Positions 1 through 9,346 of a stretch of DNA of 64,000 nucleotides are shown one piece after another. A program made the translations under genes and the position numbers. Positions within the stretch are counted from its first letter, which is position 1; each line of letters starts with the position of its first letter. Under the pieces are notes generated by a model, which worked only from the letters and a program-made list of their open reading frames with translations, ran no database searches and was not told where the DNA came from. Origin of the DNA: Blastocatellia bacterium (GTDB lineage: Bacteria > Acidobacteriota > Blastocatellia > UBA7656); assembly GCA_049273855.1 (NCBI GenBank), contig JBASRN010000270.1, positions 8,320-72,319 on the forward strand. Reading direction: 5' to 3'.

Positions 1-563
1 TTTCGGCGGTCCGGTGGCTGACGGCGGGCGCCGTGGAAGACTCATCGTCGATGTGGCAGGACTCGATGCCGAGCGAAGGCTGGGGGCTTTATTCTGAGGC
101 GTTGATGGCCGAGCCTCTGCCCGGTGCGCCGCAGGGCTTCTACACGCCGGAGGAAAGACTTTATCAATTGCAGGGCAAGCTCTACCGCGATCTCCGCGTG
201 CGCATAGACACCGGCATTCACACCGGGCGGATGAGCTTCGAGGAGGCGGTTGATCTATTCTCGCAGGTGGTCGATTTTCTTCCGGGCTCGTGTCGGGATA
301 CGGCGGCGACCTCGAAGGACGATAAGCGAGCGAGCTGCAAGTCGGCCGAGGGCGCGATCTTTCGCTACTCGAAGTGGCCTACACAGGCTATTACCTATCG
401 CCTCGGAAAAGACCAGATCTACGCGCTTCGCGAGGAAGCATCAAAGCTCCTCGGCGATCGGTTCTCGGCCAAAACGTTTCATCTTCTCTTTATAAAGCAG
501 GGGACTATACCTGCCGGATATTTTCGCGATGAGTTGCTGCGCGAACTCCGCGAGCAGAACTGA
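1..563 (+). CDS. DUF885-family protein, C-terminal fragment (5' end lies upstream of window)
   Basis: The ORF runs to the window edge. C-terminal motifs ([27 protein letters not shown]...[16 protein letters not shown]) resemble the conserved C-terminus of DUF885 proteins. Confidence 0.5.
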   Translation, partial: SAVRWLTAGAVEDSSSMWQDSMPSEGWGLYSEALMAEPLPGAPQGFYTPEERLYQLQGKLYRDLRVRIDTGIHTGRMSFEEAVDLFSQVVDFLPGSCRDTAATSKDDKRASCKSAEGAIFRYSKWPTQAITYRLGKDQIYALREEASKLLGDRFSAKTFHLLFIKQGTIPAGYFRDELLRELREQN

Positions 564-570
564 ACCAACT

Positions 571-951
571 ATGCCGACAAGCATAGAAGACAAGCTCATC
601 AACAAAGCCGAGGCGATGGGTGTGCCAAAGATCCGCCGGCACGTCTTTCTTTGCTGCGACCAGACCAACCCGATGTGCTCGGACAAAGAGAAGAGCCTCG
701 AGTCGTGGGAATATCTGAAGCGAAGGCTGAAGGAGCTGAAGCTGGTCGGCGACGGCGGTGTTTATCGAACAAAGGCGAACTGTCTTCAAATCTGCGAGAG
801 TGGCCCGACCGCGGTCGTCTACCCCGACGGAACCTGGTATCACTCGTGCACGCCTGAAGTGATCGAGCGAATTATTCAGGAGCATTTGATCGGAGGCCGG
901 CCGGTCGAAGAGTTTCTGATCGTTAGCCATCCGCTAGTCACCCCCGAATGA
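571..951 (+). CDS. thioredoxin-like [2Fe-2S] ferredoxin domain protein
   Basis: Start taken at ATG 571 (MPTSIEDKL). Cys pattern HVFLCCDQ...C...CLQICESGP and an [10 protein letters not shown] motif are typical of Trx-like ferredoxins. Overlaps rnhA start by 4 bp. Confidence 0.6.
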   Translation: MPTSIEDKLINKAEAMGVPKIRRHVFLCCDQTNPMCSDKEKSLESWEYLKRRLKELKLVGDGGVYRTKANCLQICESGPTAVVYPDGTWYHSCTPEVIERIIQEHLIGGRPVEEFLIVSHPLVTPE

Positions 952-1433
952 GTGAGCCCAAGAAAGTCACGATCTACACCGACGGAGCGTGTCTGGGAAA
1001 CCCCGGGCCGGGCGGCTACGGCGTGGTGCTGTTGTACGGCGGACATCGCAAAGAACTCTCCGGCGGCTTCCGGCTCACGACCAACAATCGAATGGAGTTG
1101 CTGGCTGTGATCGTCGGCTTGCGCTCGTTGAAGGAGCGGTGCTCCGTCAAGGTTTATTGCGACTCGCAGTACGTCGTGAATGCAATCGAAAAAGGCTGGG
1201 CGGCGCGCTGGCGAGCGAACGGCTGGAGGCGGAACAAGAAAGAGAAAGCTATCAACGCCGACTTGTGGGAACAATTGCTCGATTTGTGCGAGAAGCACGA
1301 AGTTGAGATGGTCTGGGTGCGCGGCCACTCAGGAGTAAAAGAGAACGAACGCTGCGATGTCTTGTCGGTAGCCGCCGCCAGTCAACCCGAACTTGCTATT
1401 GACGAAGCGTATGAGAAGACACTAGGTCGCTAA
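948..1433 (+). CDS. rnhA: ribonuclease HI
   Basis: [17 protein letters not shown]...NNRMEL...VRGHSG...ENERCD catalytic motifs of RNase H1; length about 160 aa. Confidence 0.9.
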   Translation: MSEPKKVTIYTDGACLGNPGPGGYGVVLLYGGHRKELSGGFRLTTNNRMELLAVIVGLRSLKERCSVKVYCDSQYVVNAIEKGWAARWRANGWRRNKKEKAINADLWEQLLDLCEKHEVEMVWVRGHSGVKENERCDVLSVAAASQPELAIDEAYEKTLGR

Positions 1434-1538
1434 ATGGTCTCGCCCGAGTGGCCCGACCCTCCCAAATATTCTCGTAGCAACCTAACCGGGCCTGTTTACC
1501 CTCTCGCATTTGTGCCGCGTCATCATTAACATCCTCGT

Positions 1539-3452
1539 ATGGCCATGCGTTTCTCCTTGGGCGGGTCGCATCCCGGCAATGAGCGGCCAACGCTTCACCA
1601 ACGGTTTGCCGCGCTTCGCTACATCCGTCCCCTGATCAGCCTCGTGTGGGAAGCCCATCGCGGATACACGACGACGATGGCGCTGTTACGTCTGATGCGA
1701 GCCGGCATTCCGGTGGCGATGCTTTGGGTCGGCAAGCTGATCATCGACGCGGTGGTCGCTTCGCGCGAATCGTCCCCCGACTTCGCACGGCTGTGGAAAC
1801 TGGTTGCGCTCGAAATAGTCATCGTGACTGCGAACGAGGTTCTTGCAAGAGCATCGTCGCTTGTTGAAAGCTTGCTGGGCGATCTTTTCTCAAATCATAC
1901 AAGTGTGCGCTTGATGGAGCATGCTGCGACGCTTGACCTTGCGCACTTCGAAGATCCGGCGTTCTACGATCATCTCGAACGGGCGCGACGGCAGACAACC
2001 AGCCGAATCGGGTTGCTGGCGCAGCTTCTGGCTATCGGGCAGGACGGCCTCACATTGATGTCGTTGGGCGCAGCGCTGGTGGTGTACAACCCGTGGCTTT
2101 TGCTCCTGCTTGCGGTCGCAGTGCTGCCGAGCTTTTTTGGCGAGACTCACTTCGCGTCCCTCGAGTATTCGATGCAGTTCCGCTGGACCCCCGAGCGAAG
2201 ACAACTCGATTATCTGCGCTATGTCGCCGCGAGCGATAGAACCGCGAAAGAAGTGCAGTCGTTCGGTTTGTCGCCCTGGTTAATCGAGAGGTTCCGCAAG
2301 CTCTCGTGGAAGTTCTACGACGAAAACAAGAAGCTCTCGATCCGCAAAGCTAACGTCAGCACATTGCTTTCGCTCGTAGGGACCCTGGGCTATTACAGCG
2401 CGTACGCGATCATACTTGTGCGCGCCATGCGAGGGGAGATGTCGATCGGTACGCTTACTTTCCTGGCAGGCTCATTCGCTCGAAGCCGCCAGTTGATCCA
2501 GGGACTGTTGCTGGGTGCAGGCGGGATTTATCAACAATGTCTCTACCTTAAGGACCTCTTCGATTTTTTTGAAATGAAACCATCGATCGCGTCGACTCCG
2601 GGCGCGCCTCCAGTGCCCAATCCGATAAGTGAAGGGTTCGTGTTCGAAGACGTCGGGTTTCAGTATCCCGGAAGCGATGCCTGGGCAATACGGCATGTGA
2701 GTTTTGCGCTACGGCCCGGCGAGCGCGTCGCGTTCGTGGGCGAAAACGGTGCCGGCAAGACGACTCTTACCAAGCTGCTCGCGCGGCTTTACGATCCAAC
2801 CGAAGGCCGCATCCTGCTGGACGGGATAGACCTTCGAGACTATGACATTCATTCTGTGCGTCGCGCGATCGGAGTGATCTTCCAGGATTTCGTCAAGTAC
2901 GACCTGCGTTTCGACGAAAACATCGGCGTCGGCGAGATCGACGAAGTTCGCTCGTACCTCGACGCCTCCGGCGCAAGCGAACGAGAGCGCGATTCAACCG
3001 CGCCGTTTGATGGCAACGGCGAAGTGCCCGGGGCGATCATTGAAGCTTCAGAGAAGTCGCAGGCGTCGAGCCTGTTGCCCCGATTCTCAAAAGGGTACAA
3101 GCAAATGCTCGGCCGGCGTTTCGACGAGGGGGTCGAGTTGTCGGGCGGTGAATGGCAAAAGATTGCGCTCGCCCGCGCTTACATGCGCGACGCGCAGGTG
3201 CTGATTCTGGACGAGCCGACGGCCTCGCTCGATGCGCGCGCCGAGTACGAAGTTTTCATTCGTTTCTCGCAGTTGATAGCGGGACGAATGGCGGTGATCA
3301 TCTCGCATCGTTTCTCGACTGTGAGGATGGCGGATCGGATCGTCGTTCTGCAAAACGGCATGGTGATCGAAGATGGTTCGCACCAGGAGCTCGTCACGAG
3401 AGGCGGGTTGTACGCTGAGCTGTTCGCGCTGCAGGCGGAGGGTTATCGATAG
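1539..3452 (+). CDS. ABC transporter, fused permease/ATP-binding protein (exporter type, MsbA-like)
   Basis: N-terminal 6-TM region followed by an NBD with Walker A GENGAGKTT, signature LSGGEWQKIALARA and Walker B LILDEPTASLD. An unusual insertion of about 70 aa sits between the Q-loop and the signature motif. Confidence 0.85.
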   Translation: MAMRFSLGGSHPGNERPTLHQRFAALRYIRPLISLVWEAHRGYTTTMALLRLMRAGIPVAMLWVGKLIIDAVVASRESSPDFARLWKLVALEIVIVTANEVLARASSLVESLLGDLFSNHTSVRLMEHAATLDLAHFEDPAFYDHLERARRQTTSRIGLLAQLLAIGQDGLTLMSLGAALVVYNPWLLLLLAVAVLPSFFGETHFASLEYSMQFRWTPERRQLDYLRYVAASDRTAKEVQSFGLSPWLIERFRKLSWKFYDENKKLSIRKANVSTLLSLVGTLGYYSAYAIILVRAMRGEMSIGTLTFLAGSFARSRQLIQGLLLGAGGIYQQCLYLKDLFDFFEMKPSIASTPGAPPVPNPISEGFVFEDVGFQYPGSDAWAIRHVSFALRPGERVAFVGENGAGKTTLTKLLARLYDPTEGRILLDGIDLRDYDIHSVRRAIGVIFQDFVKYDLRFDENIGVGEIDEVRSYLDASGASERERDSTAPFDGNGEVPGAIIEASEKSQASSLLPRFSKGYKQMLGRRFDEGVELSGGEWQKIALARAYMRDAQVLILDEPTASLDARAEYEVFIRFSQLIAGRMAVIISHRFSTVRMADRIVVLQNGMVIEDGSHQELVTRGGLYAELFALQAEGYR

Positions 3453-3466
3453 GCTCTTTATGGTCG

Positions 3467-4084
3467 CTAGCGCTGCGCTCTGGATGCGATTCGCTGAGTC
3501 AGGTGAGGCAGAAACGTGTTGAGCACCCGGTAGCCCAACAAGACCGCGACAGCCACACCAAAGAGGATTGGCTCGCGAGTATCCGCCTTCACAAGCATGT
3601 AGTAATGAATCACTCCGCCGATTGCCGCGAGGTAAACCAGCCTGTGTACCTGGTTCCACCGCTTGCCACCCAGCCGCTTGATGCTCTTTTGAGTTGAAGT
3701 AAGAGCGAGCGGCACCAGCATAACAAAGCTCGCCATCCCGACGGTGATAAACGGGCGCTTGACGATGTCTTCGCCGATGAGCCTCAAGCCGAAAAACTTG
3801 TCGAACCAGACGTAGGTCAACAAGTGAATGCAGCCATAGAAGAAGCCGTACAGTCCGAGCAGGCGGCGGAACTTGATCATCCACGGAAGCACGAGCGTTT
3901 TGCGGAGCGGCGTAACGGCCAGCGAGAGTATAAGGAACAGCAACGTCAGCGCGCCGGTCGTGCGAGTCGCGAACTCGGTTGGGTTCGCGCCGAGGCGTTG
4001 ATGATACCAGTCCCAGCCAAGCATCGAGAGCGGCACCGCGCTGTTAACGAAAATCACGAACTGTGCGAATCTGGTGTCTTTCAT
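3467..4084 (-). CDS. msrQ: protein-methionine-sulfoxide reductase heme-binding subunit MsrQ (YedZ family)
   Basis: Multi-TM ferric-reductase-like protein (about 205 aa) immediately downstream of msrP on the same strand. Start assigned to ATG at 4084 (MKDTRF); the listed ORF extends further upstream, probably spuriously. Confidence 0.75.
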   Translation of the reverse strand: MKDTRFAQFVIFVNSAVPLSMLGWDWYHQRLGANPTEFATRTTGALTLLFLILSLAVTPLRKTLVLPWMIKFRRLLGLYGFFYGCIHLLTYVWFDKFFGLRLIGEDIVKRPFITVGMASFVMLVPLALTSTQKSIKRLGGKRWNQVHRLVYLAAIGGVIHYYMLVKADTREPILFGVAVAVLLGYRVLNTFLPHLTQRIASRAQR

Positions 4085-4089
4085 ATGGA

Positions 4090-4201
4090 AACGTGATTCG
4101 TCATTCGTAATTCGTGCGTGACCGCATCTAAATATTCCCTCATCACGAATCACGAATCACGAATCACGGCTCACCCGTCACGCATCACGGCTCACGCATC
4201 A
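4090..4201. repeat. heptad TCACG(A/C)A-type tandem repeats arranged as an imperfect palindrome (msrP-msrQ spacer)
   Basis: catcacgaatcacgaatcacgaatcacggctcacccgtcacgcatcacggctcacgcatcac lies on one side, with the inverted arm acgtgattcgtcattcgtaattcgtg on the other. A related copy is at 42163-42235. Confidence 0.5.
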
Positions 4202-4205
4202 CTCC

Positions 4206-5198
4206 TCAATAGTACCGCCGCAAATCCATGCCTTCGTACATCTGCGCGACTTGATCAGCGTAGCCGTTGAACAGAAGCGTGTCTCGCATCCCGAACTCGC
4301 CGATCCTGCGCTCGCGTGCCTGGCTCCATCGCGGATGGCTCACCGCCGGGTTCACGTTCGAATAGAATCCGTACTCGTTGGATGCGGCGAGATTCCACGT
4401 AGTCGGCGGCTCGCTGTCAACCAGACGAATCTTGACGATCGACTTGATCCCCTTAAAGCCGTACTTCCACGGCACAACCAGCCTGAGCGGCGCGCCGTTC
4501 TGAGGCGGCAGCGTCTCGCCATATAACCCGGTCGCCAGAATAGTCAGCGGGTGCATGGCTTCGTCGAGCCTCAGTCCCTCGACATAAGGCCAGTCCAGAA
4601 CACTAGACCGGATGTTTGGCATCCTCGCCGGATCGGCCAGCGTCTCGAAAGCGATATACTTCCCTTGGGAGTTCGGCTGCACCTGGTCCAGAAGCCTGCT
4701 CAGCGGGAATCCCACCCACGGAATCACCATCGACCAGCCTTCGACGCAGCGCATGCGGTAGACGCGCTCCTCGGGCGGCGCAAGCTTGATTAGTTCGTCG
4801 ATGTCGAAGACCTTCGGTTTGTTCACGAGGCCCTCGACCGAGACCGTCCACGGACGAGTTATGAAACCCCTCGCCTTGTCGGCCACCCCGCGTTTGTCGG
4901 TCGAGAACTCATAGAAGTTGTTGTAGTGAGTAATATCCTCGAAGGGAGTGTTCTTTTCATCGAGCTGGGCAATGGCCGGGGCGGACTGAACGTCGGCGAT
5001 CTTCTCGCCCGACGGCTCGGCAAGTTGTCCCTTCTCGTTAGTGCGGGTGAAGCTTCGATAGAGCAGGCCTGTCGCAGTCGTCGAAGCGGCCAGCACCACG
5101 CCGCGCATGAAGGTTCTGCGGTTCAGATAAATGCCCTGAGGTGTGATCTCGTTGCTTTTGATATCGTCCGGCTTCTTGACCAACATGGCTGCTTCCAA
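4206..5198 (-). CDS. msrP: protein-methionine-sulfoxide reductase catalytic subunit MsrP (YedY, molybdopterin-dependent)
   Basis: Twin-arginine signal ([14 protein letters not shown]) and sulfite-oxidase-fold molybdoenzyme motifs; length about 330 aa; followed by msrQ. Confidence 0.85.
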   Translation of the reverse strand: MEAAMLVKKPDDIKSNEITPQGIYLNRRTFMRGVVLAASTTATGLLYRSFTRTNEKGQLAEPSGEKIADVQSAPAIAQLDEKNTPFEDITHYNNFYEFSTDKRGVADKARGFITRPWTVSVEGLVNKPKVFDIDELIKLAPPEERVYRMRCVEGWSMVIPWVGFPLSRLLDQVQPNSQGKYIAFETLADPARMPNIRSSVLDWPYVEGLRLDEAMHPLTILATGLYGETLPPQNGAPLRLVVPWKYGFKGIKSIVKIRLVDSEPPTTWNLAASNEYGFYSNVNPAVSHPRWSQARERRIGEFGMRDTLLFNGYADQVAQMYEGMDLRRYY

Positions 5199-5533
5199 TC
5201 TTACAAGCGGCCGCCGCGATTAGCTACGACGCGAGGTAGCGTCAATGTCTCTCAGCATACCCTTACGGCCCCGAGGCTCTGTGGTTCGTTAGCGTCGAAA
5301 TCCTGCTAACCGCTAGAGTCGCGAGGACGGCTCACCTCTGTTAAATCTCATGTGAGTCGGGTTCTATTCCAGGACGCGTTTGGGTGAAGGTCGCGCACCG
5401 GCATCCTTGTCGATCGCTCGATCCGTGGGGCCGCTGCTTACAGGTTTGGCTTTCGCCAGCGACAGGCACAGCCGACGAAGCTGCGAAACGAGTTTCAATC
5501 GCGCCGTAACGGCCTTGGCTGACATATCGACGT

Positions 5534-5992
5534 TCATACAAGCTCTCGCAACCGTTTAATGTCGTCGAGGTCCTGGCCACTTCCTCGAAAGGATTTTAGT
5601 TCGATCAATCCCTTTGGAGCCAGAACGCTCAGCACTCCCTCCTCCCAGTTAACGAGTGAGCGAGATGCCCAGATCTCCGCTGTCTGCGGAGTCACCAACA
5701 AGAGATCGAGCGAAAGCACAATGCCGGTCTCGGGATCTATCTTCGACACCCGCCGTATTTCTATCGCTCCTTTTGCGAACGTCATCGGCATCGCGTCGAT
5801 TACGTAGCCCAATTTCTTCGCTAAGGCTCTAACCGCTTCCAGATCATCGGCTCGTATCAGCAAGTCGATATCTACCGTGGCGCGCGGCAGTCCGTGAACT
5901 GCCATCGCAAGTCCGCCGCACACAGCGTACTCTATCCCTTCCTCTTCGAGAGCAGAGACGATTGATTTGAACTCTTCGTATAGATCAAACAC
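5534..5992 (-). CDS. small nucleotidyltransferase-fold protein (Pol-beta superfamily, MNT-like)
   Basis: A G[GS]x9-13Dh[DE]h-like motif (YAVCGGLAMAVHG...VDIDLLI) in a 152-aa protein. No HEPN partner was detected nearby. Confidence 0.4.
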   Translation of the reverse strand: MFDLYEEFKSIVSALEEEGIEYAVCGGLAMAVHGLPRATVDIDLLIRADDLEAVRALAKKLGYVIDAMPMTFAKGAIEIRRVSKIDPETGIVLSLDLLLVTPQTAEIWASRSLVNWEEGVLSVLAPKGLIELKSFRGSGQDLDDIKRLRELV

Positions 5993-6043
5993 TTCATCCT
6001 ATCCCCCCGAATTGTACCACCGCGAAACGCGATCCAGGATTAG

Positions 6044-7567
6044 TCAACCGGTGCACTGGTCCAGCAGCTCCCGCGCCCGGCCAAGCGTTTCCGAGAGAAC
6101 CTCGTCCTCGGTCATCGATTGCTCCACTACCACCACCCGCGTCTCCGCCTTTCCCGTTGGCCGCCATCGATCCAGCATTCGCCGTGAGCTGAACCCGGCA
6201 AACACATCGATGCAAGGCACGCCAAGCGCAGCCGCAATGTGTTGGCCTGCTGAATCGTAGCCAATGTAAAGGTCGCTCTCACCGATCAACGCCGCAAGCA
6301 AACCGATCCGCCCGCTCCATACAGCAAGCTCCGCTTCGATTCGATCCTCTCCCAGCAGCCGCGGCAAGCTCTCCTCGTCAAGCTCGATCATGCGGAGCCT
6401 ATCGTTCGAAGAACGTTTCGCAAACTCGAATACCGCTTCCGCACGCTTTGCTTCGCCCGCGCCCGCACCTTTGTCGAGGAAGACCGTTGCGCCGTCACGC
6501 AATAGGCTGCTGACGAGTTGTCGCTCGAAGCCGTCGCCCACTCGCTTCGACGGGTTGCCGCCGACGCCGAAGTTGATGGCGATGACCGGATGCCGCTCGC
6601 GTCTGATCCGCCCGGCGAGGGAGCGGGCCGTGTCGACGTCCGCCGGCGTAAGACTCACGACGGGGTAGGCCGGGAGCTTAGGGCCGAGCACCTCGTCGAG
6701 CCATGCCGAGGTCAGCTCCGACAGCGAGGCCATCGAGTCGTGGCGGTACTCACGGCTGGGAAAGAACAGATAATCAGCTCCATCAGCGCGCGCCTTGCCC
6801 GCGACGCCGGATGACAACGGCAGCAGCCCAAGCTGCGACAGCCGCGAATCCGGGTCGATGATCAAGGACCGCTCGACTCCTTCTGTCAGCTCGCGCACAC
6901 AATCGACAAGCGGAAGCCACGCGAGCAGCCTATCGAGCGCCGTTGCCGCACGCGGATAGTTGATCTCTTTGAACGCGAGCCGCCGGTCGCCGCCGAAAAG
7001 CTCCGAAGCTTTGCGTCCGCCGACCAACACGATCTCGGCTGATGGGAAAGTCGTCTTGAGCCTCTCGATGATCACGCTGGTTATGGCTACGTCCGCGCCA
7101 AGCGTCACCCGCGAGAGCACCATCACGCGGCCGGGCTGGAAGCGCTCAGGTCCACTCTGCTCGGTATGATCAACGCCAGACAGCCAGGGATGGCTGTGCT
7201 CCCACGAGGTGCGCAGGTCTTCCGCGCGAGCAAGCACGTCGGCTTCGGTTCGCAGACCAAACTCTCTCAGCTTTTCGTCGAGCGGCCGGCCCCTCTCTGT
7301 GTTGCGGCAAACTTGAATCAGTTGCGCGCAGGCTTGATTGCAAAGCGACACGGCGGCAGGTTCGAAGGAGTCGGCGAGAGTCTCGACCAGCGACCCGAAA
7401 AAACACTCAGAGGCTCGTTCTGCGACTTGCCTGTCTTCTGAGATGGCGAGCTTCGTGAGGCGTTCGACATGATTACGCGGGTAAGCACCGCCTGCTTGAA
7501 AGTGAGTCAGGATCTCCGAGACCAGTTGCTCGGGCTCGGCATCAGTCGAATGCGGCTCGCTGTTCAT
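6044..7567 (-). CDS. glycosyltransferase family 9 (heptosyltransferase-like) with about 150-aa N-terminal extension of unknown function
   Basis: GT9 hallmarks: RVTLGADVAITSVII...VLVGG at domain start and YIGYDSAGQHIAAALGVPCIDVFAG near the C-terminus. Confidence 0.65.
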   Translation of the reverse strand: MNSEPHSTDAEPEQLVSEILTHFQAGGAYPRNHVERLTKLAISEDRQVAERASECFFGSLVETLADSFEPAAVSLCNQACAQLIQVCRNTERGRPLDEKLREFGLRTEADVLARAEDLRTSWEHSHPWLSGVDHTEQSGPERFQPGRVMVLSRVTLGADVAITSVIIERLKTTFPSAEIVLVGGRKASELFGGDRRLAFKEINYPRAATALDRLLAWLPLVDCVRELTEGVERSLIIDPDSRLSQLGLLPLSSGVAGKARADGADYLFFPSREYRHDSMASLSELTSAWLDEVLGPKLPAYPVVSLTPADVDTARSLAGRIRRERHPVIAINFGVGGNPSKRVGDGFERQLVSSLLRDGATVFLDKGAGAGEAKRAEAVFEFAKRSSNDRLRMIELDEESLPRLLGEDRIEAELAVWSGRIGLLAALIGESDLYIGYDSAGQHIAAALGVPCIDVFAGFSSRRMLDRWRPTGKAETRVVVVEQSMTEDEVLSETLGRARELLDQCTG

Positions 7568-7582
7568 CTCAGGCCGCTCTTC

Positions 7583-8608
7583 TCACAAAACCAGTTCGGC
7601 CATCACGCGAACCGACTGGATCCCCGAAGCGCCGCAGATCAAAGTGGTCACGCCGCTTTCCCGCCAGGCGGCAAGCTGGTCTTTGATTCGCTCGCGAGGT
7701 CCGCAAAGCGCAACTTCATCCACAAGCTCGTCTGGCACGGCGGCGATGGCTTCATTCTTTTTGCCTGCGAGGTAGAAGTCTTGAATCGTCTTTGCCGCTT
7801 CTTCGTAGCCGTAGCGGCAGGCGAGGTCATTGTAGAAATTCTTTCCGCGCGCGCCCATCCCTCCTATGTAGAGCGCGAGGTTCGGCTTTACGTGCATTCG
7901 GCACGCATTCACATCGTCTCCGATTACGACCGCAACGGTCGGAGCAATGTCGAAGTCGGAAATCGTTTTGCCGTCCTTGCGACGCGCGAAACCTGCATCC
8001 AGCGACTGACGAAACACGCCCACTCGCTTCGGCGAGAAAAAGACCGGCAGCCAGCCGTCGGCTATCTCGGCGGCGAGCGCGACATTTTTTGGCCCGATCG
8101 CCGCAAGGTAAATCGGGATGTCCGCGCGCAGCGGATGCACGATAAGCTTGAGCGGTTTGCCAAGACCGGTCCCCCCTTGCACCGGAATGTCGTAGTACTC
8201 GCCGTGATAATCGAGCGCGCGTTCGCGCTTCAAGATCGTGCGCAGTATCTCGACATACTCGCGGGTGCGGGTAAGCAGCTTGCCGTAGACAACGCCATGC
8301 CAGCCTTCGACAACCTGCGGGCCGGAAGCCCCGATACCTAAAAGGAAGCGGCCGCCGGTCAACAGGTCAATCGTGGCGGCGGTCATTGCTGTCATAGCCG
8401 GAGTCCGCGCCGGCATCTGCATGATCGCGGTGCCCACGTTAATTCGTTCGGTGTGAGCCGCCAGCCATACCAGCGGCGTCACCGCGTCCGACCCGTAAGC
8501 CTCAGCCGTCCACAATGAGTGATAACCGAGCCGCTCGGCTTCCTGGGCGATAGCGATGTTGTCTGAAGGGCCCGAACCCCAATACCCGAAATTCAATCCC
8601 AGTCGCAT
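7583..8608 (-). CDS. LLM-class flavin/F420-dependent oxidoreductase (luciferase-like monooxygenase family)
   Basis: [11 protein letters not shown]...[16 protein letters not shown]...[17 protein letters not shown] pattern of luciferase-like TIM-barrel oxidoreductases. Confidence 0.8.
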   Translation of the reverse strand: MRLGLNFGYWGSGPSDNIAIAQEAERLGYHSLWTAEAYGSDAVTPLVWLAAHTERINVGTAIMQMPARTPAMTAMTAATIDLLTGGRFLLGIGASGPQVVEGWHGVVYGKLLTRTREYVEILRTILKRERALDYHGEYYDIPVQGGTGLGKPLKLIVHPLRADIPIYLAAIGPKNVALAAEIADGWLPVFFSPKRVGVFRQSLDAGFARRKDGKTISDFDIAPTVAVVIGDDVNACRMHVKPNLALYIGGMGARGKNFYNDLACRYGYEEAAKTIQDFYLAGKKNEAIAAVPDELVDEVALCGPRERIKDQLAAWRESGVTTLICGASGIQSVRVMAELVL

Positions 8609-8955
8609 TATGCCTCCTCGCCAATTATCTTTCGAATCTCGTTAGGTGAAATATCTCCCTGCTCGAGCTTCGAATAGATTTCAACCAGCAGCACCGCCCC
8701 GGGATTCTTTAGCTGGTAGATAAGCCGATAACCAGAGCTCTTACCTTTCTGGGCATCCCGATTTCTTACTCGCACCTTGAATACGACATATTCGATTCCA
8801 TGAATCCGGTCACCAGGAAACTCACCGCTGTGGATTGTCTCAATAACCGGCTGTACGTCAGAGCGAATATGATGGTATTTCTTTGACAGTGCTCTGAGGT
8901 GACGTTTGAACGTGCGTGCGAACTTGATTGAAACCTCGGACGATTCATTCAGCAT
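8608..8955 (-). CDS. type II toxin-antitoxin system toxin, RelE/ParE superfamily
   Basis: A 115-aa basic protein with RelE-like core (YRLIYQL...LLVEIYSK). Overlaps the upstream small antitoxin gene by 11 bp. Confidence 0.65.
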   Translation of the reverse strand: MLNESSEVSIKFARTFKRHLRALSKKYHHIRSDVQPVIETIHSGEFPGDRIHGIEYVVFKVRVRNRDAQKGKSSGYRLIYQLKNPGAVLLVEIYSKLEQGDISPNEIRKIIGEEA

Positions 8956-9160
8956 CTATGCCATCCCACAACTCAGACACGGGGAATGTTTCGCCATGCT
9001 GCGCGTCCCGCCAGGCTTCACGAAAGCTCTCCGCGGCGGGCTTCAACGCAATGCTGTCGCGATAAAGACGAACTATCTGCAACAGGTTGGGCAAGTACTC
9101 ATCCGGGATGCTCCGAATTTCGCGGACGAACTGCTGTTCAATCGAAGCCTGCTTACTCAT
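8945..9160 (-). CDS. putative antitoxin (addiction-module component) paired with RelE-like toxin
   Basis: A 72-aa acidic protein (start at MSKQASIEQQF) immediately upstream of the toxin, overlapping it; classic TA gene order. Confidence 0.45.
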   Translation of the reverse strand: MSKQASIEQQFVREIRSIPDEYLPNLLQIVRLYRDSIALKPAAESFREAWRDAQHGETFPVSELWDGIDAE

Positions 9161-9346
9161 TGGTTCTCCTTCGGATTCGCAAATCTGAAGACAGTGTAGT
9201 CGGGAGTGGGTATCCAATCAACGTAACTCGGCCAGGTATCGGTGATTCGGAACCGAGGTTATTCGTTCGCGATGCAAGCATCACATGAATTTCCGTCGTC
9301 TGAACGCCTTGACGTCCGCGGCGCTGAGTTCAAACCACCTGCCGTT

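Noticed and set aside
7469-8341. 290-aa ORF on the + strand
   Set aside because: Antisense to the LLM oxidoreductase CDS; high-GC shadow ORF.
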